From positions 1-58,087 of IMG/VR virus record IMGVR_UViG_3300035128_000037: a stretch of DNA of 58,087 nt; one strand, given 5' to 3'. Shown here one piece after another: positions 17,098 through 23,563 of the stretch (its first letter is position 1; each line of letters starts with the position of its first letter). The notes under the pieces are model-generated. The model searched no databases. It was not told the origin of the DNA and worked only from the letters and a program-made list of their open reading frames with translations. This DNA is from a virus. A program made the translations under genes and the position numbers.

Positions 17098-17481
17098 TCA
17101 ATAATCAATCGGGGTGATTAGCGGGGCCCACCCGTTGTAGGCCCCGCTCTCCGTAAAACCTTCGCTTTTGGCTAATCGCCCATCAGCATCACCCCCCATC
17201 GCCGCCAGCTTTGAATAGTCGCGCTCGGCCGGCAGCATCATGTTGGTTGGTACGAGCGCGAAAAATATTCCGGAGATAAAAAGAATTGCTATCAAAATAA
17301 GGTTCCACTTGTTGAAAGGCACAAATGCGTGGTTGGCGATCCAGGTGGCTTCCTTCTGCCTTTCGGATTTAACCCGCCTGATCTCTTCGTTGTCGTCCCT
17401 CAAAGACGATCTGAAAAACCAGGTCATGAGTGCAACAGCTATCCCGATACAAGCGATTGTGAAAAACGTTATCTCAATCAT
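17098..17481 (-). CDS. Membrane protein (2 TM)
   Basis: ATG 17481; TM segments IEITFFTIACIGIAVALMTWFF and LILIAILFISGIFFALV. Confidence 0.55.
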   Translation of the reverse strand: MIEITFFTIACIGIAVALMTWFFRSSLRDDNEEIRRVKSERQKEATWIANHAFVPFNKWNLILIAILFISGIFFALVPTNMMLPAERDYSKLAAMGGDADGRLAKSEGFTESGAYNGWAPLITPIDY

Positions 17482-17574
17482 GTCCTTTCTCCTTTTTCTG
17501 GTAACCCAAAAAACCCGCCCACTTCCACCCACTCGCCTACCTTGTGGGCGGGTTCGATTGACTACCAGCGCACC

Positions 17575-18009
17575 CTATTCTTCCTGCTCGCGCAGCTTCT
17601 TGGTTGGCTTAAGGTATTCATCCAAGACGCTCAGGATATGCTCCACCTGCTTCTGTTTCAATATCCCCGGGAAGGGGTGGGAATATATCCTCATCTGCCT
17701 GATACCGATGACAACGTTGGAGATTTCGTCGTCACGATCGTATATTTTGTGCCAGATGGTCTGCGCCTTTGGTAGGGCCAGCTTCAAATCACCCTTGTTG
17801 CGGACGACATCTGATTTTCTGATTGTCATGGGCTCCAGGGTGTTCACGATCATTTCGTTTCCCCTCACCATGTATTCGTACATCCCGCTCTTGGCCTGGG
17901 TGAAGCCTTCAGTGGCTATGGCCGGCGTCGATGCCACGACCAACATCAGCATGGCGGTCAAAAAGATGATTCCGGTCATAAATTTGATTCTGAAAAAAGT
18001 GTAGTTCAT
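17575..18009 (-). CDS. Secreted protein
   Basis: Signal peptide ...IIFLTAMLMLVVASTPAIA|TEG. Confidence 0.55.
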   Translation of the reverse strand: MNYTFFRIKFMTGIIFLTAMLMLVVASTPAIATEGFTQAKSGMYEYMVRGNEMIVNTLEPMTIRKSDVVRNKGDLKLALPKAQTIWHKIYDRDDEISNVVIGIRQMRIYSHPFPGILKQKQVEHILSVLDEYLKPTKKLREQEE

Positions 18010-18671
18010 TGGTGGTCTCCTTTGGTTAATAGTTGTTTTTCGTACAAAAATTCCCTCATGTCAGTGTAGTAGAACTTAGGTATAAACCGCATTGCGGCTT
18101 CCCTGAAAAGGCCTGCAGGAACATAAAGATATTCCTCCCCGATCGTTGTCAGTGGAAACTCGGAATCGGAAGGCACCACGTTAAAATAGTCGTTCAGTTT
18201 TAGATACGTCTTTTCTTCGCCGTCAATAATCATTGCTTGAACATGAAAACCAGTTACAGTGCTACCGCTTACCGCTACAAAGGCGTTTTCGATCTTCAGA
18301 TCTCGTTCGAGTATGGTAATGATGTTCAGTGCCTTATCTACGCAGTTCCCATGTGCTATGATTTCTTCATCATCTGAGTCTTCAAAGTAATAAATTACAT
18401 CACCTGTAGATGGAGGTGTGGTGTCGGTGTCGTCTGCCACGTTTGTGGCGCCTACGGCCAGCGGCTTCCAATTGCTATCTATCTGTGCAATTCTGAGCTC
18501 TCCGTAAAAATGAAGCATGAAGACGAATGAAATTACCAGCAAAACAACAGTTACAATGAAGGCTATACACCAGAAGGTTTGAAGCCTTTCTTCTTCCCGG
18601 ATTATCTCTTTTTGCTCGGCTATTCTGAGTCGAAACCTTCTGAATGCATTGGCGGTTTTTAAGTCAGCCAT
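18006..18671 (-). CDS. Single-pass membrane protein
   Basis: TM segment FWCIAFIVTVVLLVISFVFML after a charged N-terminus. Confidence 0.55.
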   Translation of the reverse strand: MADLKTANAFRRFRLRIAEQKEIIREEERLQTFWCIAFIVTVVLLVISFVFMLHFYGELRIAQIDSNWKPLAVGATNVADDTDTTPPSTGDVIYYFEDSDDEEIIAHGNCVDKALNIITILERDLKIENAFVAVSGSTVTGFHVQAMIIDGEEKTYLKLNDYFNVVPSDSEFPLTTIGEEYLYVPAGLFREAAMRFIPKFYYTDMREFLYEKQLLTKGDHQ

Positions 18672-18697
18672 TTTTTTACTCCCTGGTTTTAATTATC

Positions 18698-18925
18698 CTA
18701 ACTGGATTTCCTGGTAACGGTTACTCTGTGTATCCCGGCCAGGCGGTGCTTTGCATAAAAATAGTCATCCGGCTCTTTGCTCAAAGTAGGCCACGCAGGA
18801 ACATAGTCTGTACCGCGAAGTTCCAAAAACACCTTTTCGATTTCTTCCACTTCTACGGTGAGGCTGTACATCTGGTGGATGGAGGTCTCTATGGCATCAA
18901 TTACCTTTTTGGTGTCTGGGATCAA
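18698..18925 (-). CDS. Hypothetical protein
   Basis: 75-aa ORF. Confidence 0.5.
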   Translation of the reverse strand: MIPDTKKVIDAIETSIHQMYSLTVEVEEIEKVFLELRGTDYVPAWPTLSKEPDDYFYAKHRLAGIHRVTVTRKSS

Positions 18926-18985
18926 CTTACCCTCCTTACAAAGTTTGGGGTTAAAAGGGGCTATCTTCTTCTATGTATGGCTGTA

Positions 18986-19399
18986 TTAGTTTTTTGTTTC
19001 TCTTGTAACAATAGCACCATAGCTTGCAAACTCACTCATCATATCCGCCGAATCTTTATCGGATAAGGGTGTTTCTATTGTGCTTGGTACTGAGTCTACA
19101 ACATCTTTAGCTTCTTTGAGACCCAATTTTGTAATGTCCCGGATCAACTTTATGCATTCAATTTTATTGTTCCCGCAGTCGTGTAGTGTTAAATAATAGA
19201 GAACCTCGTTACATTTGTTGTGGGCTCTAACAAATGCGGCCGGGTTTGATTTCGCCATTTCTATTTCAACCGCGCTTAGGGATGATGTGTAACTTCCTAT
19301 TATTCCGATCACTTGCTTATAATAATTAGCGCTCATGTTTCCTCCTTGTTTGCCGCCCCCTGTGGTAGCGGGGCGGGGGTGTGTAATATTGGTCACCAT
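18986..19399 (-). CDS. Ribosomal protein bL12 (L7/L12) C-terminal-domain-like protein
   Basis: [31 protein letters not shown]...[16 protein letters not shown] parallels E. coli L7/L12 [27 protein letters not shown]...AEALKKALEEAGAEV. The likely start is Met22 (about 19336), after AAGGAGG. Confidence 0.7.
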   Translation of the reverse strand: [137 protein letters not shown]

Positions 19400-19404
19400 G
19401 GGCT

Positions 19405-20022
19405 CTATATGTCGTCGAAAACGACCGGCAGCAATCCGCGCAGTTCATCCAGCAGAGGAAGCATGAGCGCCCTCATCTGAGGATGAGCTGCTTTTGCTGT
19501 TCTTAGCTTGAAAATGTGCCGCCACTCACGAATATTGGCTTGTACAACGATCTCGGTTTTGAGGCTGTTGGGGAGCACTTCGCGTGCCTGTTCAGGACGC
19601 CATCCGAGTTGGCGCAGTCTTTTGTACTTTTCCTCGGCCTGCATCAAAGAGTCGGTGAATGCTGCCCACGCCCTTGATTCATCGGTGTTGCCGGAATATT
19701 GGTTTAAATCCCAAACTGGACGAATAAATTCCATTTCTGACTGATAATCGACATATCTGGTACTCTCCTGGGCGAACGAACAAAGCCGGTGCCGCACCAG
19801 TTCGTGTGTCACTCCCCGGTTGGTGACGAATTTCACGATGATTGATCCAAATTCGATCATGGCGTGGTGTCCGCGCTTTATGAGCATCTCAACAAACGCT
19901 CCCGCCGAGTTTACGTCAATACGATCCTCGGACTTGTAGCAGGTCCGCCCAGCTCTCTCCAAGGTCTGTAAAATACCGTCTGGTACGCTTAAAATCTCAT
20001 GTGATTGATCGATAATTTTCAT
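19405..20022 (-). CDS. thyX: FAD-dependent thymidylate synthase ThyX
   Basis: ThyX signature RHRLCSFAQESTRY (RHRxxSxxxxSxR), with HHAMIEF and IREWRHIF. Confidence 0.9.
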   Translation of the reverse strand: MKIIDQSHEILSVPDGILQTLERAGRTCYKSEDRIDVNSAGAFVEMLIKRGHHAMIEFGSIIVKFVTNRGVTHELVRHRLCSFAQESTRYVDYQSEMEFIRPVWDLNQYSGNTDESRAWAAFTDSLMQAEEKYKRLRQLGWRPEQAREVLPNSLKTEIVVQANIREWRHIFKLRTAKAAHPQMRALMLPLLDELRGLLPVVFDDI

Positions 20023-20048
20023 CTTTATTGCTCCTTTTTGTTTAGGCC

Positions 20049-20069
20049 CGAAAAACCTATCCCTACGTT
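20049..20069 (-). repeat. 21-nt perfect repeat CGAAAAACCTATCCCTACGTT, copy 2
   Basis: Identical to 13446..13466. Confidence 0.9.
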
Positions 20070-20153
20070 ATCGTTTAAATGCCGGAGTCAGGTTTATCCG
20101 GCTACCGGGATTCCCGCCAAGACTGTATACGCCTTGCGTCCCGTATTTTGTTG

Positions 20154-20353
20154 AGCTGGCTGGCGGGGATTCGAACCCCGCATGGTTTTGGGCGCTTCGC
20201 CAATCCGTGGTTACGGTGGGAGTCAAACCCACCGGCTCGTTAATGTGTTTTTTAGAGTTTTTCACCTCTCCTTGTTACCCTTTCTGGTCGCCCCACACTG
20301 GAAACTAAAACCTTAGCCCTGTTATCCGTCTACCCTTTCCGGCACAGCCAGCT
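20154..20353 (-). ncRNA. tRNA-like structured RNA candidate (T-arm plus acceptor-like helix; not a canonical tRNA)
   Basis: Minus strand: GCGGGG-TTCGAAT-CCCCGC (plus-strand 20163-20181) is followed directly by CAGCCAGCT. That string is complementary to AGCTGGCTG about 190 nt upstream (plus-strand 20345-20353). A D-arm-like TG-CCG-GAAAGGGTAGA-CGG-A follows the 5' strand. Confidence 0.45.
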
Positions 20354-20382
20354 ATCTACCGGCATCGGTTGGGATGCCGTTC

Positions 20383-20619
20383 TCAAACGCTATTATAGTT
20401 ATAGTACTCCACAATCCCTGTTATAATCGGAGATAAACAGTGCTCTTTGAAAAAAGTTGCGCTATAGCCGCTTTTATAAACAGAGGCCTTTTTGTAAGAA
20501 ACACAATCCATTCGGCACTCATCGCGCAATAGTGGACAAAAACCAAGTGGTTCGTTAATATGTTCGGAAAGCTTTTTTTCAGCATATGCTAATTGTTTTC
20601 CGTATGAATCTGTTTTCAT
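20383..20619 (-). CDS. Hypothetical Cys-rich protein
   Basis: 78-aa ORF with AAGGAAGGAG SD. Confidence 0.55.
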   Translation of the reverse strand: MKTDSYGKQLAYAEKKLSEHINEPLGFCPLLRDECRMDCVSYKKASVYKSGYSATFFKEHCLSPIITGIVEYYNYNSV

Positions 20620-20696
20620 GCCGCTCCTTCCTTAGTTGGTTATTAACTCCCGGCTGCCCACACGCATATATGGGCAGAAAGCAGGTAATGACCGGT

Positions 20697-20984
20697 TTAA
20701 ACGACGCCAAGCGATACGCATTTGTCTCTTATTTTAGCGAAGTCTCCAACCCCATCACGAATTTGTTCTCTCGTTGTTGTCCCTTCGAATACCATCCTCC
20801 AATCGTCGGGCATTTGGCTTTTGGCATGGTCTATCATACCAATAAACACTTCGGCCTCCTCCGCGCTTTCACAGTTTTTGATAGCCTCTATCGACTCCAC
20901 TATTGTTCTTAATAGCGGACGAACGATAGCAATCTCCGCCATTGCTCTCATAGTTTCATTATCCATATGGCCGTCGTCAAACAT
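20697..20984 (-). CDS. Hypothetical protein
   Basis: 95-aa ORF with GAGGAGG SD. Confidence 0.55.
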   Translation of the reverse strand: MFDDGHMDNETMRAMAEIAIVRPLLRTIVESIEAIKNCESAEEAEVFIGMIDHAKSQMPDDWRMVFEGTTTREQIRDGVGDFAKIRDKCVSLGVV

Positions 20985-20990
20985 TTCATA

Positions 20991-21021
20991 CCTCCTCGAT
21001 TGGTTTGAACTCGATGATGGT
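20991..21021 (-). repeat. 31-nt 5'-leader repeat, copy 1
   Basis: CCTCCTCGATTGGTTTGAACTCGATGATGGT is 27/31 identical to 21240..21270. Confidence 0.8.
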
Positions 21022-21043
21022 CATATCGGGGCAACAGAGTAGG

Positions 21044-21232
21044 TTATTCGACGGGTTCACAAACCCTTCCGCACCCGCACTGCGGGCATAGAAACACGGG
21101 TTTCTGCCCGAACTCATGAAAATATTCGTCGTCACTGACAACCCAATCTTCTTGAGTGTATCCGCAATAGCCACACTCGACTTGGAATTCCATATCTCCT
21201 CTTTGGAGATCGTTAAAATCTGTTGTTTTCAT
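21044..21232 (-). CDS. Zinc-ribbon protein; first gene of the leftward operon
   Basis: CGYCG...CPQCGCG. Confidence 0.6.
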   Translation of the reverse strand: MKTTDFNDLQRGDMEFQVECGYCGYTQEDWVVSDDEYFHEFGQKPVFLCPQCGCGRVCEPVE

Positions 21233-21239
21233 CTCTAAT

Positions 21240-21270
21240 CCTCCTTGGTTGGTTTAAACTCGATTATGGT
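21240..21270 (-). repeat. 31-nt 5'-leader repeat, copy 2
   Basis: CCTCCTTGGTTGGTTTAAACTCGATTATGGT. Confidence 0.8.
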
Positions 21271-21273
21271 TAG

Positions 21274-21420
21274 AATATTTCAAACATTTAATTTGATGTC
21301 AAGCGGCAAATTATAAAAAATAACGATTTGACATGTAAATTTTATCAAACCATTGTATTCACTGTATATAAATTTTTAAAAAATAATTATTGACATTGTG
21401 AATCAATTGGAATTAGTATT
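21274..21420. promoter_or_regulatory. AT-rich divergent promoter region between the leftward and rightward operons
   Basis: Leftward: -35 TTTACA (complement of 21334-21339), 18-nt spacer, -10 TATAAT (complement of 21310-21315). A second leftward TTGACA is the complement of 21297-21302. Rightward: TTGACA 21390-21395, 18-nt spacer, TAGTAT 21414-21419, only about 7 nt before ATG 21427. Confidence 0.55.
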
Positions 21421-21426
21421 GAAACC

Positions 21427-21621
21427 ATGAAAAATCCTACCTCTGAAATAATAAGAAAAAAGAGAAAGGCTGCTCGCCTCACTCAGCGCGAGCTGGCCGG
21501 CATTATTGGCAGGGCTCACGAAACCATTTGCCGATACGAGAAGGGTGTGATCGATCCACCTTCGTCGGTCCTATATCGTATTATCGAGATTTGCGACCGG
21601 TTGTCTGGGAACGGGTCATAG
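21427..21621 (+). CDS. XRE-family HTH regulator (repressor-like; near-leaderless)
   Basis: KKRKAARLTQRELAGIIGRAHETICRYEKG is an HTH_3 pattern. No SD. The -10 element lies directly upstream. Confidence 0.75.
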   Translation: MKNPTSEIIRKKRKAARLTQRELAGIIGRAHETICRYEKGVIDPPSSVLYRIIEICDRLSGNGS

Positions 21622-21644
21622 AACAACATAATCAAGGAGGGGGT

Positions 21645-21953
21645 ATGAGACAAGACTTACTTAAACGAATTGAGCCATTTTCAAAAGGTTGCTTTTCTGG
21701 CAATGTTGTTGATTGGCCTCAACTAAAGCCGCTTCTTAAAGACATTCATAATTATCTTTCAACCGCGATTGAATACGAAATCGAAAACGGCGGGGAAATA
21801 TCCGCTGGTCTACTACCATACTCTGAAACCGTTTGCGTTGTTGTGGAAAGCGGCGACCCAGGAGGAGATGATGGTGAATTCGCAGTTTTTATGCAGGATT
21901 GTTTAATGGAGTGGTTTGACGGATCTGCGGTTGAAATTATTACAAAATATTAA
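21645..21953 (+). CDS. Hypothetical protein
   Basis: AAGGAGGGGG SD then ATG 21645. Confidence 0.6.
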   Translation: MRQDLLKRIEPFSKGCFSGNVVDWPQLKPLLKDIHNYLSTAIEYEIENGGEISAGLLPYSETVCVVVESGDPGGDDGEFAVFMQDCLMEWFDGSAVEIITKY

Positions 21954-21992
21954 CCCACCGCCCAACCACACAACCAAGGAGGGGGCGCAGTA

Positions 21993-22136
21993 ATGGTAAC
22001 TATTCTTTTTGGGGTACTCGGCATACTAAATGGGATTTTAATGCTACTTTACCAGTTTGATGACCGCTACGAAAGGGCGACCTTTCACGCCGTTTTGTTA
22101 ATCGGTTTTATTTTGATGGCAAAATCGTTCGACTAA
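21993..22136 (+). CDS. Small membrane protein (47 aa)
   Basis: AAGGAGGGGG SD. Hand translation MVTILFGVLGILNGILMLLYQF...LLIGFILMAKSFD. Confidence 0.5.
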   Translation: MVTILFGVLGILNGILMLLYQFDDRYERATFHAVLLIGFILMAKSFD

Positions 22137-22361
22137 TACACCAATTAACCCCTTGACACCACCCAACCCTATAGGGTACGTAGGATTATGCCACGCTACA
22201 ATATTTCAAATATAGAAATCGGTTCATACATCGTTGACCCTGGGGGTTCTCCCTATTCCCTCCTTGGCGTGGCAGCAGGGCGCGGTGTGTGGGCCGATTT
22301 GTGTTTTTGAGGTGCGCCATGACAAAAGATAATTTCACACAGTTTCCAAGGAGTGTTGTGT

Positions 22362-23273
22362 ATGAGCTCAGATAGGCGTCCTTGGTTCTCATGGTATCCT
22401 AGAGATTATATTGCCGATGAAAAGGTAAAGGCTTTATCTGATGACGCAGAATTAGTGTATAGACGGGCGCTCGACGTTCTTTGGCAATCAAATGATCTAC
22501 AATTGCCCAACAATTGCTTGAAACTTGCTAACCAGTTGGCGCGTGGTTGGTCAGCAGAAAGATTCGAAAGTGCGTGGAATGAGATACAGACACCAGGCTT
22601 TGAGATACTAAAAACAACCGAAGATGGACTATGGGTTTACTCCAAGAGGTTGTGTAAAGAGGCAAAAAAGATTGAAAATATTAGCAAAAAAAGATCTGAA
22701 AGTGGGAAAAAAAGGGCTAAGCAAATGTTCAGCAATTGCTCAGCAAATGACAAACAAACGCTGAGCCATACAGATACAGATACAGATACAGATAATAATA
22801 CCCCCCCCATATCCCCCCTAAATGGGGGCGGTAGGGTGTCCTATAGTGAATCATTCGAACAGTGGTGGTCTCATTACCCAAAGAAGACCAACAAGAAGGC
22901 AGCCTTTAAAAAATGGAAAACGATCGGTAAAAACAAAGAGGCTACCGTATCGCAACTTGTGGACGCCATTAAGAATCAAGTTGAAAACGATCATTTCATT
23001 GGCAGAGATGGCAATGAATATATTCCAGCGCCTGACGTTTGGTTGAATAAAGGCAAGTGGATGGACGAGGTGGTCAAAAAGAGTTCTGGATCCGAAACTA
23101 ACACACCACACCCAACTACTTACGCCCAATGCCAGGACCTTGAGCGCAGGCAGATGGCCAGGGCCACGCTCGAGTACATGGAGGGATGTAACGATGGCGA
23201 AATTGACGGAGAAAATGGTTCAGGCAGAACTGAGTGCATTGAACATTGCCCTGACGGCCAGGAAGACACCTGA
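22362..23273 (+). CDS. Replication-associated protein with YdaU/DUF1376-like N-terminus
   Basis: RPWFSWYPRDYIADEKVKALSDDAELVYRRALDVLW resembles the DUF1376 signature; AAGGAG SD. Confidence 0.55.
   Translation: MSSDRRPWFSWYPRDYIADEKVKALSDDAELVYRRALDVLWQSNDLQLPNNCLKLANQLARGWSAERFESAWNEIQTPGFEILKTTEDGLWVYSKRLCKEAKKIENISKKRSESGKKRAKQMFSNCSANDKQTLSHTDTDTDTDNNTPPISPLNGGGRVSYSESFEQWWSHYPKKTNKKAAFKKWKTIGKNKEATVSQLVDAIKNQVENDHFIGRDGNEYIPAPDVWLNKGKWMDEVVKKSSGSETNTPHPTTYAQCQDLERRQMARATLEYMEGCNDGEIDGENGSGRTECIEHCPDGQEDT
22770..22793 (+). repeat. Tandem hexanucleotide repeat (ACAGAT)x4 inside the replication gene linker
   Basis: Direct reading. It encodes TDTDTDTD and is followed by an A/T run and C8/C6/G5 tracts. 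Confidence 0.9.
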
Positions 23274-23556
23274 CGAAATTCGGATACAGGCCAGGGTGTT
23301 TTTTGGAGATTGCTCTCATATGAGCCATGATCACTTCAAAGAAAGTATAAAGCGCTGCAGACAGGCATCTCCTTATTTTCCGACACCTCACGATGTAATT
23401 TCAAAGTATCGCCTCATAAAAAGCGAGTCGGCCGCAAAGGCAGCAGCCCAGCTTCCTATGCCCGACAATATTCCGGACGAACAATTGGAGATCAACCGAA
23501 AGGGCATCGAGTCTGTCAAGAAAAGGCTTGCCCGAAAATTTGATATGAACCGATGA
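23194..23556 (+). CDS. Possible helicase-loader-like (G39P-like) replication protein
   Basis: GGAGGG SD then ATG 23194. Layout MAKLTEKMVQAEL...HMSHDHFKESIKRC...YFPTPHDVI resembles G39P-type loaders (from memory). Overlaps the upstream gene by 80 nt. Confidence 0.4.
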   Translation: MAKLTEKMVQAELSALNIALTARKTPDEIRIQARVFFGDCSHMSHDHFKESIKRCRQASPYFPTPHDVISKYRLIKSESAAKAAAQLPMPDNIPDEQLEINRKGIESVKKRLARKFDMNR

Positions 23557-23563
23557 AAATGCA

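Noticed and set aside
17240-18004. 254-aa plus-strand ORF spanning two minus-strand genes
   Set aside because: It crosses an intergenic gap of the opposite-strand genes. Its translation is not protein-like. The minus-strand ORFs have SDs and clear TM or signal features.
20154-20181. tRNA 3'-half (T-arm plus acceptor strand) interpreted as an attP core for integration into a host tRNA gene
   Set aside because: No integrase or recombinase gene was recognised anywhere in the genome. The 9-bp complement ~190 nt upstream argues for an RNA structure rather than a bare att core.
20068-20265. 65-aa minus-strand ORF overlapping the tRNA-like region. Its N-terminus (KKHINEPVGL) resembles SEHINEPLGF of the upstream gene at 20383..20619.
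   Set aside because: The GTG start sits only 2-3 nt after the AAGGAGAGG string. The ORF runs straight through the T-arm and the other helices. The ~24-nt similarity is short and could be a duplication remnant. It is treated as non-coding.
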